Assembly: GCA_022821725.1 (NCBI GenBank)
Contig: JAJEDB010000018.1
Span: 30,467-94,466 of the forward strand
Length of the DNA stretch: 64,000 nt
DNA from: Candidatus Poribacteria bacterium
Lineage (GTDB): Bacteria; Poribacteria; WGA-4E; WGA-3G
Reading direction: 5' to 3'
The position numbers were made by a program, and so were the translations under genes. The notes under the pieces were generated by a model. It ran no database searches. It was given only the letters and a program-made list of their open reading frames with translations, and had not been told where the DNA came from. Of this stretch, positions 33,813 to 42,136 are shown piece by piece. The stretch's first letter is position 1. Every line of letters starts with the position of its first letter.

Positions 33813-34646
33813 ATGAGATTTTTTATGATTGTTGCTGGCGTGCTATGTGCCGCGACCCTCGCACTCTGGACACCCACAGCCGATGCTGTTCCGAAAGTAG
33901 ATATCTTCATCTACACGGAGATAACGCAGTGGATCGGCCAAGGACAGGCACAAGAACAAGCCGATATATTCATTAAAGAAGTCGATGGCCAAAGAGGTAT
34001 CGGCAAGGTTGTCAATGAGAACGCCAAAGCCATTGAAAAGTGGACGAAGGATCACACCGAGGAAAAAGGCTATCACCTTATTAGCCTCTACGGCGATTTT
34101 CCACCTGAAATCTATGGACAGGGCAATAAAGATGAAGATGGTTCCGTTGCTGAAGAATTCTTGGATGCCGGGAATACCTTCTCAAACAGTGCCGACTATT
34201 TCTTCTGGGGCTTAGCCGGAAGAAACCGTGAAGGTGGACTCCAAAACATGATGGACATTCCAGGTATCGTCCAATGGGATGATGACACAGCAATGAAGGT
34301 CACAAAGGAAGGGAAAGAGTTCACACCGACCCTGAAGGATTATGCCACCGATCGTCCGTTCCACGTGGATCAGCTCGAAAAAACCGATTGGGAAGTGGAG
34401 ATCGCATTTGCGACGGAAACAGGGAAATCCAAGGGGATGAACCGGTGTGACCCTTGCATCATCCGGAATACGAAAACAGACGCACGTCTCATTCAGGTCT
34501 ATCAGACGAATGGCCAAGACGATCCGAAGGGTAAAGTCCTCGCGGAAATTATCCTAAACTATTATCTTGAAGTCATTGGGGCACTCGATGTCGATCCCCA
34601 AGAAAAACTCCCCACATTGTGGGCGGATCTCAAATCCAGGAGGTAA
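33813..34646 (+). CDS. Secreted protein of unknown function (paralog A)
   Basis: Signal peptide MRFFMIVAGVLCAATLALWTPTADA. Blocks shared with paralog B: LYGDFPPEIY, ADYFFWGLAGRNREGGLQNMMDI, WDDDT.MKVT and DRPFH.DQL. GGAGG lies before the ATG. Confidence 0.7.
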   Translation: MRFFMIVAGVLCAATLALWTPTADAVPKVDIFIYTEITQWIGQGQAQEQADIFIKEVDGQRGIGKVVNENAKAIEKWTKDHTEEKGYHLISLYGDFPPEIYGQGNKDEDGSVAEEFLDAGNTFSNSADYFFWGLAGRNREGGLQNMMDIPGIVQWDDDTAMKVTKEGKEFTPTLKDYATDRPFHVDQLEKTDWEVEIAFATETGKSKGMNRCDPCIIRNTKTDARLIQVYQTNGQDDPKGKVLAEIILNYYLEVIGALDVDPQEKLPTLWADLKSRR

Positions 34647-34652
34647 AATTTA

Positions 34653-35456
34653 ATGCGAAATATTTTTCTTTCACTCACCCTGATTGCGTTAATGGCACTC
34701 CCTTTAACGCCCGTACTTGCCGCCGGTGAAGTTGCTATCTATACCGGAATCACGCAATGGATTGGTAAGGCTGAAGCTGATGAACAGGCAGAGATTTGTG
34801 TCGGTATGCTCGAAGATGCGGATATCGCTGTCACGTGGTATGATAGCGATGGCCAAGCCGACGACTTAGCCGCTTGGATGGAAAGTACTACCGGCGACGA
34901 TGGCTTGGATGTCTGTGTCCTCTACGGTGATTTCCCTCCCGAAATCTACCCGGAAGGCAATTCACAGACCGACGGCTCTATCGCTGAAACCTTCATCGAA
35001 ACTACCGATGGCGACGTTTTTATCAACCACGCCGATTATATGTTCTGGGGGTTGTCGGGTAGAAACAGAGAAGGCGGTCTTCAGAACATGATGGATATCG
35101 ACGGCATTGTGATGTGGGACGATGATACACCTATGAAAGTCACGGCAGAAGGCAGTGCCATTTCCCCAAGTCTAACCGACTATGCATCCGACCGTCCGTT
35201 CCACACCGATCAACTCGATGGCGATTGGGAAATTGAAGTTTCTCTCGCACAAAACGACGACGGCACCCGTGCCGATCCGATTATTGTTCGCGATGGCAAC
35301 CTCGGTAGGTTAATTCCAACGATACAGACGAATGGTGGCGATGAACCGAAAGGTGCAATTGCTGCTGAAATTATCGTCTGGCTGATGTCCACAACACCGG
35401 TTGAACCTGCGGGTAAACTCTCCACCACGTGGGGAGATCTGAAAGCAGTTCGATAA
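34653..35456 (+). CDS. Secreted protein of unknown function (paralog B)
   Basis: Signal peptide MRNIFLSLTLIALMALPLTPVLA. It has the same conserved blocks as 33813..34646, and GGAGG lies before the ATG. Confidence 0.7.
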   Translation: MRNIFLSLTLIALMALPLTPVLAAGEVAIYTGITQWIGKAEADEQAEICVGMLEDADIAVTWYDSDGQADDLAAWMESTTGDDGLDVCVLYGDFPPEIYPEGNSQTDGSIAETFIETTDGDVFINHADYMFWGLSGRNREGGLQNMMDIDGIVMWDDDTPMKVTAEGSAISPSLTDYASDRPFHTDQLDGDWEIEVSLAQNDDGTRADPIIVRDGNLGRLIPTIQTNGGDEPKGAIAAEIIVWLMSTTPVEPAGKLSTTWGDLKAVR

Positions 35457-35465
35457 GATACAAGA

Positions 35466-35583
35466 TAGGACTTACGCACTTCCCTGGTAGGTGCGGTTTC
35501 TAACCAGGGTTCCCACCCGTTACTGGGAAGGGACGCCGAATCCTGTGAAAATAGGTGAAATTTGGTCATTTTGCGTAAGTCCT
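35466..35583. mobile_element. MITE-like element (TAGGACTTACGCA / TGCGTAAGTCCT) with a nested degenerate REP palindrome
   Basis: Termini read directly. The interior carries CCTGGTAGGTGCGGTTTCTAACCAGGG (35483-35509). Confidence 0.8.
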
Positions 35584-35662
35584 GCAAGAAAAGACGGAAG
35601 GATGGAAGGATAGCAGTCCGCTGCAAGCTTCCAACCTTCCCGTCTTCCAATTTTTATGAGCG

Positions 35663-36562
35663 ATGAGATTTAGCGAAATCAGAATTCTCCGCTGGCGCGC
35701 TTTTCTAACCTCGATGCTTGTGCTTTTGATTTTCACGTTTTTAATGTCCGCGTGTCGCGATAGAGCAGACTCCCCCCTCGTTGGTCCCCTTCCCATTCAG
35801 ACGATCACAACCCCGAAAGATGAAGCCGTAATGGTCTATGTCCCCGCTGGCGAGTTCCTGATGGGAACCAGCGATGCCGATATCGAACGTTTCAAGGAGA
35901 TTTTTCCGCTCCGCGATATTGCTCGGTTCGACAATGAACGTCCGCAACGCACCGTCTTTGTTGATGCCTTCTACATCGACAAGTATGAAGTAACAAACAA
36001 ACAATACAAGCGATTCCTCGCCGAAACCGGTTATATCCCCAAGCAGTATTTGGATTATCCGCCGCATAACACGCCCGACTTCCCTGCCGCAGTCTTAGCG
36101 TGGGAGGATGCGGTCGCCTACGTAAATTGGGCTGGTAAAAGACTCCCAACAGAAGCAGAATGGGAGAAGGCGGCTCGCGGGACAGATGGGCGCTTTTGGC
36201 CCTGGGGGAATGAATGGGATGGAACAAAACTCAGTGGAAATGACGGCACCGGGCTCAAAGATGGATATAAGGAGACCGCACCCATTGGACAGTTTCCACA
36301 AGGCGCAAGTCCTTACGGCGCACACGATATGGCGGGCAACCTCTGGGAATGGGTGTCAGATTGGTATGATCCAAACTATTATCGGACCTCACCCCCCAAT
36401 ATCAACCCGAAGGGCCCCGACACCGGTGATGGACATGTGCTAAAAGGCGGTGGTTGGGCGGAGAATTTAGATTTTACGCGATGCGCCAGCCGTCAGGGCG
36501 GAAACCCCGGGTCTCTCATACGAGGACTTCGATGCGTTATAGACGCGCCGCCTGGAGAGTAG
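35663..36562 (+). CDS. Formylglycine-generating-enzyme (SUMF1) family protein, probable lipoprotein
   Basis: FYIDKYEVTNKQYKRFL, RLPTEAEWEKAARG, NLWEWVSDWY and VLKGGGW. N-terminus ends ..FTFLMSAC. Confidence 0.85.
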   Translation: MRFSEIRILRWRAFLTSMLVLLIFTFLMSACRDRADSPLVGPLPIQTITTPKDEAVMVYVPAGEFLMGTSDADIERFKEIFPLRDIARFDNERPQRTVFVDAFYIDKYEVTNKQYKRFLAETGYIPKQYLDYPPHNTPDFPAAVLAWEDAVAYVNWAGKRLPTEAEWEKAARGTDGRFWPWGNEWDGTKLSGNDGTGLKDGYKETAPIGQFPQGASPYGAHDMAGNLWEWVSDWYDPNYYRTSPPNINPKGPDTGDGHVLKGGGWAENLDFTRCASRQGGNPGSLIRGLRCVIDAPPGE

Positions 36563-36858
36563 GTAATCTTAGGTTCATCTCCCCTGAAAAGAGACTTAAC
36601 TTACACTCGAAAATGTGTAGAGGGGATATCCGAATCCCAACTTCTAATTTCTTTCTTTCCCTCATGAAATTTCATAGCAAATTTCATAGCAACTTCCCCA
36701 GAACCTGCAGGCGAAATCGCTCAAAACCCAGTTACAGTCTGCGGTCACGTCTCTTTCCAAACTTTTCCAAATCTATCACATTTTAGGTTTTGCTATGAAA
36801 ACTGTGAAATTCGCGCGATTTTGTTTTCTGATTTATACGCCTCTGACCCATCACGAAT

Positions 36859-36888
36859 TTGACATCTATTCTTGTGCTGTGCTATACT
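36859..36888 (+). promoter_or_regulatory. Sigma70-like promoter TTGACA-N18-TATACT
   Basis: Read directly. It lies upstream of leader-like repeat L2 and CDS 37065. Confidence 0.4.
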
Positions 36889-36938
36889 TTATAATGGGTA
36901 GACGAGAAAAGTTCGTAAGCCAAATCACGTAGTCCGTA

Positions 36939-37064
36939 ACGTAGTGGAGGGGTGTTTTTGATAGGGTATTTCTGCGTATTGCTTGGGGGTTTCCTCTAGA
37001 TATATCGAAAGGCACGTGAAAGTTTCAGCCAACGTTACTTATCCGCAAGGAAAAATTAAAAGAT
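36939..37064 (+). repeat. Leader-like repeat ending CCGCAAGGAAAAATTAAAAG (copy L2) abutting a start codon
   Basis: ACGTAGTGGAGGGGTGTTTTTG...TTATCCGCAAGGAAAAATTAAAAGA, then TTG 37065. Confidence 0.7.
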
Positions 37065-37553
37065 TTGAAACAGATTATCACACATGCCAATCCAGACCTT
37101 GATGCTATCGTCAGCGCATGGATCGCCCAAGATTTTCTCTTCAACGGACACGAGTCGGAGGTCCTGTTTGTCAGCCGAAAAGTGCCAGAGAAATTCATGC
37201 TACATGCCGATTGTGTGGTGGACGTCGGGAACACATACATCCCTGAAAAATACCGATTCGATCACAAGCCTCCCGCATTTCAGAATAGAAATAGCACGTG
37301 TGCCACCCGACTCATCTGGGAATATTTACGCGACACCGGTGCCGATGTCGCGCATCTTGAGCCTTTGGTCCAGATAACATATCAAGGGGATACGCATCGG
37401 AATTCGGACGCACTCAAACGGAGCCGACTTGAGGGTCCGCACGCGGAATTAGTCAAACTCAAATCAGAAGTTAAAGAGATAACAGAGGTCTATCGGCAGA
37501 TGGTTCTCTATCTAAGGAGTTACACAAATAGGACTTACGCACTCCCTCGGTAG
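37065..37553 (+). CDS. Hypothetical protein with DHH-like N-terminal motifs; C-terminus supplied by a MITE
   Basis: TTG start. IITHANPDLDAIVSAW and RFDHKPP resemble DHH motifs I and III. The last ~8 codons and the stop lie inside the MITE at 37529-37609. Confidence 0.5.
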   Translation: MKQIITHANPDLDAIVSAWIAQDFLFNGHESEVLFVSRKVPEKFMLHADCVVDVGNTYIPEKYRFDHKPPAFQNRNSTCATRLIWEYLRDTGADVAHLEPLVQITYQGDTHRNSDALKRSRLEGPHAELVKLKSEVKEITEVYRQMVLYLRSYTNRTYALPR

Positions 37554-37609
37554 GTGCGGTTTCTAACCGCACCGAATCCCGTGAAATTTGGTCATTTTGC
37601 GTAAGTCCT
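37529..37609. mobile_element. Short MITE-like element (TAGGACTTACGCA / TGCGTAAGTCCT) with nested REP palindrome
   Basis: Termini read directly. The REP GGTAGGTGCGGTTTCTAACCGCACCG lies at 37548-37574. Confidence 0.8.
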
Positions 37610-37623
37610 AACAAAAAAAGCTT

Positions 37624-38934
37624 ATGAAACAGTTTATGCCCCTCTGCATTGTTCTATTGATACTCATCGCGATGCAGACGCAATTTTCAAGTGCCGATGA
37701 ATGGCATCAGTGGCGTGGTAAAGACCGCACGGGCGTTTGGAATGAAACGGGTATTCTGGAAGAATTTGAAGGCGATCAGATTCCGCTGCGATGGCGCGTC
37801 CCGATCGGGAGCGGGTATAGCGGACCGAGTGTCGCTGATGGACGTGTATACGTTACAGACAGGCTCACAAAACCGAAACAGATCGAGCGTGTTCACTGCT
37901 TCGATTGGGAAACAGGTGAACCTATCTGGTCCTACACTTATGACTGCGTATACAAGATTGACTATACAGCAGGTCCCCGTGCGACTGTGACTGTCCAGGA
38001 TGGACTCGCTTACGCGTTAGGGTCGATGGGACATCTACACTGTTTTGATGCGGCTACCGGTGATATCGTATGGAAACGAGATCTCAATGCCGAATATAAT
38101 ATTAATATGCCTATCTGGGGGATCGCCAGCGCGCCTATCGTTGAAGCGGAAAACCTGATCGTTCAAATCGGCGGCAAACCGGACGCGTGTATCGTTGCGT
38201 TTGACAGGAAAACCGGTGAGGAAAAATGGAAAGCACTGGACGATAACGCCTCCTATTCCGCACCGATTGTCATTACGCAAGCCGGTAAACGCGTCCTTGT
38301 CTGTTGGACGGGTGCGAATGTAGCAGGTCTCAATCCACAAACCGGCGCGGTATATTGGCTCTATCCGTTTTCACCCGAGAGTTTCGAGATAGCAATCGCC
38401 ACGCCTATTTTCGACCAGAATGAATTGTTCGTCACTGAGTTCCGTCAGGGCTCTCTTCTTCTAAAAGTGTCACAAGATAAGTTGGCGGTAGAACTCGGCT
38501 GGCATCGTAAGGGCAAAAATGAGCAGAATACCGACGCACTTCAGACGACGATGGCAACCCCCGTGCGTCTCGGTGATTACATTTACGGTGTCGATAGTTA
38601 TGGTGAACTCCGCTGTCTGGACGCGCGAAACGGCGATCGGATGTGGGAAGACCTCTCTGCCGTCCGGAAGGCGCGCTGGAGCAATATCCATCTCGTCAAG
38701 CACCCCGCATCATCGGATAACAAGGTTTGGATGTTCAATGAACACGGAGAACTTCTCATCACGGAACTCTCCCCTGAAGGACTGAATATCATCAGTCGCG
38801 CCAAATTGATCGAACCGACCCGCGACCAACTCAACCGAAGGGGCGGCGTTACATGGGCACATCCCGCGTTCGCCTATAAGCACGTCTTCATTCGAAACGA
38901 CAAAGAACTCGTTTGTGCAAATTTAGAAAAGTAA
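37624..38934 (+). CDS. PQQ-like/BamB-like beta-propeller repeat protein, secreted
   Basis: Signal peptide, WHQWRGKDRTGVW, and repeated ..G.VY.....G.L.CFDA.TG...W blades. Confidence 0.8.
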   Translation: MKQFMPLCIVLLILIAMQTQFSSADEWHQWRGKDRTGVWNETGILEEFEGDQIPLRWRVPIGSGYSGPSVADGRVYVTDRLTKPKQIERVHCFDWETGEPIWSYTYDCVYKIDYTAGPRATVTVQDGLAYALGSMGHLHCFDAATGDIVWKRDLNAEYNINMPIWGIASAPIVEAENLIVQIGGKPDACIVAFDRKTGEEKWKALDDNASYSAPIVITQAGKRVLVCWTGANVAGLNPQTGAVYWLYPFSPESFEIAIATPIFDQNELFVTEFRQGSLLLKVSQDKLAVELGWHRKGKNEQNTDALQTTMATPVRLGDYIYGVDSYGELRCLDARNGDRMWEDLSAVRKARWSNIHLVKHPASSDNKVWMFNEHGELLITELSPEGLNIISRAKLIEPTRDQLNRRGGVTWAHPAFAYKHVFIRNDKELVCANLEK

Positions 38935-38940
38935 AATATA

Positions 38941-39093
38941 TAGGACTTACGCAGTTATCCCGTTTTTATGCTGTTTTTGGTTCGTAGTAGCGCAATTTTG
39001 CGGTGTACTCACCCAAATGCGACGTGCATTATTGCGCATTCTTCGGGAATATTGCCTCAATTTTGGCATAGAAGCCAATTTTGCGTAAGTCCT
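38941..39093. mobile_element. MITE-like element (TAGGACTTACGCA / TGCGTAAGTCCT)
   Basis: Near-identical to 19743-19890 over both arms. It accounts for the spurious N-terminal extension of ORF 38968. Confidence 0.85.
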
Positions 39094-39117
39094 GATATAG
39101 ATACGGAGGTTAAAATA

Positions 39118-42114
39118 TTGGATGCGACCCGAATACCAGACGTAGTTTTACGTCCTGGCGAAAAACTGCACGGCTTTGAAGTAAAAGCCGTCACACCCAT
39201 CGACGAATTGCGAGCCGTAACGATTGAATTAGCACATCAACACAGCGGTGCACGTTTACTGCATCTCTACACAAACGACACAGAGAATCTCTTCTCCATC
39301 AATTTTCCGACCCCACCCTCAGACGATACAGGTGTCCCACACATTCTTGAGCACGCCGTTTTAGCCGGCTCACAGAAGTATCCGGTGAAAGAACCTTTTT
39401 TTGAAATGATTAAGATGAGCATGGCAACCTTTATCAATGCCATGACAAGCTCAGATCATACCTACTACCCCGTAGCGAGCAATGTGAAAAAAGATCTCTT
39501 CAACTTAGCGGAAGTCTACTTCGATGCCGTATTCCATCCGCTTCTCACGCAGGAGACCTTCAAACGCGAAGGGCACCATCTCGCACCTGCCGATCCCGAA
39601 GATCCCACGGGCGATTTGAAGATAACGGGTATCGTCTATAATGAGATGAAAGGGGTCTTCTCGGATCCAGAATCACTGTTGTATCGAGCAATGACAAGTC
39701 GGCTCCTGCCTGATACGCTCTATGCATGTGAGTCTGGTGGAGATCCTGATGCCATTCCGGATTTGACGTATGAGCAGCTGAAAAAATTCCACGAAACCTA
39801 TTATCATCCGAGTAACAGTTACTTCTTCCTCTACGGTGATATTCCCACAAACGACTACCTCTCCTTTCTTGCGGATAAGTTGGATAAGATTCCGACAAAC
39901 GAGGAGAGTGCCGCCTTACGGCCCCTCAGTCCAGAAGTCACCCGTCAGCAGCAGTGGAAATCACCACAAGTTGTGATTGACACCTATCCCGTTGGCGCAG
40001 ATGAACCGCTGGCAGAGAAGACGTATCTAATGCTGAGTTGGTTCATCGGAGATGCGACAGATCCTGAAGAGATTGTTTTGGGGCGCATTTTAAGTCTCAT
40101 CCTTCTCGGCAATGAAGCCGCACCGCTCCGAAAAGCGATTATCGATTCCAAACTCGGCGCAGATCTCGTCTATTCGGGTGCCGGTTCTATCGGGGCTGCA
40201 GCCACTTTTTACCTCCTCCTCAAAGGAAGTGAAACCGATCGCGTCGAAGCGTTTACCCAACTCGTCATTGATACCCTCACACAGGTTGCGGATTCAGAGA
40301 TTGAGAGTGAGAAGGTGGAAGCAGCGTTCCAGCAAGCAACCTATCACTACCAAGAGGTCGCCTCCATGTTCCCGCTCCGCATGCTCCAACGTGTGATTGA
40401 GGGATGGATATATGAGAAGGATTCAAACACCTTCCTGAAAATGGGGGAAACCCTCGCCGATATCCATCAGCAGTGGCAGGAAAATCCAGCGATTTTCAAT
40501 GAACTCATCCGTAAACGGCTGATTGAAAATCCGCATCGCTTGACAAGCGTGCTATCGCCAGATAGAGACAAACAGGCGGAAACCGACGCTGAACTCGTCG
40601 AACGGATGAAAGAGATACGGGCACAATTCACGGATGAACAGGTGAAACATATCGCCGCAGATGCCGCTGAACTCGAACGTCTCAACGCACAACCCAATTC
40701 ACCCGAAGCATTGGCGAAACTCCCACAACTTCAGGTCAGCGATCTACCCGAAAAACCGAGACATATCCCGACAACCGTGGAGAACGTTGAAGGACGCACC
40801 CTTCTCCACAACGATGTCTTTGCCAATGGTGTTAACTATTTCGTGCTAAACTTCGATTTGCAAGGATTGCCGGAGCATCTTTGGACCTATCTGCCGAGAT
40901 ACACCGACGCTATTAGCAAACTCGGTGCTGCCGATATGGACTACGCCGAGATAGCACATCGGACATCCGCAGTTACCGGTGGGATTGGATGTTCACCCGG
41001 ATTCAGCACACACGCCCTTCACCCCAGCCGTTCCTTGCAAAACATGCGTTTTCATCTCAAGGCACTTGATGGCAAAATAGATGCTGCGCTTGACGTGCTT
41101 CATGACCTCATTTTTGCTGTGAACCCGCGCGACACCGAACGCCTGCGTGATGTCTTGGTTCAGGCTGTTGCCGAATACCGGACAGAGATGATTCAGGATG
41201 GATTGAATACAGCGATTCATCACGCCTCGCGCGGTCTATCACCAGAATCCCATATCTCAGAGATGGTTTTTGGGCTTCCGCAACTCCACAACACCGAAAC
41301 GTTCCTCGACAATTTTGACGAACTTAACACCGACTTAATATGTCATATAGAAGCGATTCGGGACTTCTTACTGACCCGTGGACGCGTGACCGCGAGTTTC
41401 ACCGGTTCCGACACCGCTTTTGAGACGACACGCACCAAACTCGGTGAATGGCTCAATACGATGCGTGATGAACCGATTCCGTCAGAATCTGTTGCGTTTC
41501 AACCCTTTGAGACACCGCCGAGAGAAGGATTGGCCGGTCCTATTCAGATTGCCTACTGTGCGCACGTGATCCCGGCACCGCATTATTCACATCCCGACTC
41601 AACGTTGCTCAGTATCGGCGCACATATTTTGCGATTGGATTACATCATGAGTGAGATCCGCTTTAAAGGCAACGCTTACGGGGCATATTTCACCTATAGT
41701 CCGTTTGATGCACAACTGTATCAAGCCTCATATCGCGATCCGCATGTCGCACGGACGCTCAACGTCTTTGAACAGGCAGCCGACTACGTTAAACAGGTGG
41801 AATGGACACAGACGGACATTGATCGAGCGATTATCGCGACCGCGAAAACTGCTGAGAAACCGATCCGTCCGAGCCAAGCCGCAAGTGATGCCCTGAGCCA
41901 ATACCTTGTAGGACAGACACGTGAGATGCGGGAGGATCGTTACGCACAACTCCGACGTGCCACCCCTACTGAGGTAAAACGGGCACTCCTCCAACTCTTG
42001 GAGGGAAATCGAGATAAAGCCGCGGTGTGTGTCGTTTCAAGTCGTGAAAAACTGGAAGCAGCGAATCGTGAATTGGCACAACCGCTTATCATTGAGGACA
42101 TTGTCGCCTCTTAG
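39118..42114 (+). CDS. M16-family (insulinase/PreP-like) zinc metallopeptidase
   Basis: Inverted zinc motif GVPHILEHAVLAGS (HxxEH). About 1000 aa, like PreP. I use TTG 39118, which is 9 nt after GGAGG; the upstream ORF part is MITE sequence. Confidence 0.85.
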   Translation: MDATRIPDVVLRPGEKLHGFEVKAVTPIDELRAVTIELAHQHSGARLLHLYTNDTENLFSINFPTPPSDDTGVPHILEHAVLAGSQKYPVKEPFFEMIKMSMATFINAMTSSDHTYYPVASNVKKDLFNLAEVYFDAVFHPLLTQETFKREGHHLAPADPEDPTGDLKITGIVYNEMKGVFSDPESLLYRAMTSRLLPDTLYACESGGDPDAIPDLTYEQLKKFHETYYHPSNSYFFLYGDIPTNDYLSFLADKLDKIPTNEESAALRPLSPEVTRQQQWKSPQVVIDTYPVGADEPLAEKTYLMLSWFIGDATDPEEIVLGRILSLILLGNEAAPLRKAIIDSKLGADLVYSGAGSIGAAATFYLLLKGSETDRVEAFTQLVIDTLTQVADSEIESEKVEAAFQQATYHYQEVASMFPLRMLQRVIEGWIYEKDSNTFLKMGETLADIHQQWQENPAIFNELIRKRLIENPHRLTSVLSPDRDKQAETDAELVERMKEIRAQFTDEQVKHIAADAAELERLNAQPNSPEALAKLPQLQVSDLPEKPRHIPTTVENVEGRTLLHNDVFANGVNYFVLNFDLQGLPEHLWTYLPRYTDAISKLGAADMDYAEIAHRTSAVTGGIGCSPGFSTHALHPSRSLQNMRFHLKALDGKIDAALDVLHDLIFAVNPRDTERLRDVLVQAVAEYRTEMIQDGLNTAIHHASRGLSPESHISEMVFGLPQLHNTETFLDNFDELNTDLICHIEAIRDFLLTRGRVTASFTGSDTAFETTRTKLGEWLNTMRDEPIPSESVAFQPFETPPREGLAGPIQIAYCAHVIPAPHYSHPDSTLLSIGAHILRLDYIMSEIRFKGNAYGAYFTYSPFDAQLYQASYRDPHVARTLNVFEQAADYVKQVEWTQTDIDRAIIATAKTAEKPIRPSQAASDALSQYLVGQTREMREDRYAQLRRATPTEVKRALLQLLEGNRDKAAVCVVSSREKLEAANRELAQPLIIEDIVAS

Positions 42115-42136
42115 GAAAAAAGGAAAGGAATTAGAA

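Noticed and set aside
38968-39117. N-terminal 50 codons of the ORF-track M16 peptidase (and similarly 50711-50833 of dusB, 18787-18996 of the TPR lipoprotein, and 42029-42136 of the second PQQ protein)
   Set aside because: These extensions read through MITE or leader-repeat sequence, or through the preceding gene. Each gene has an internal start with a proper SD and a native-looking N-terminus or signal peptide, so the longest-ORF starts are artefacts.
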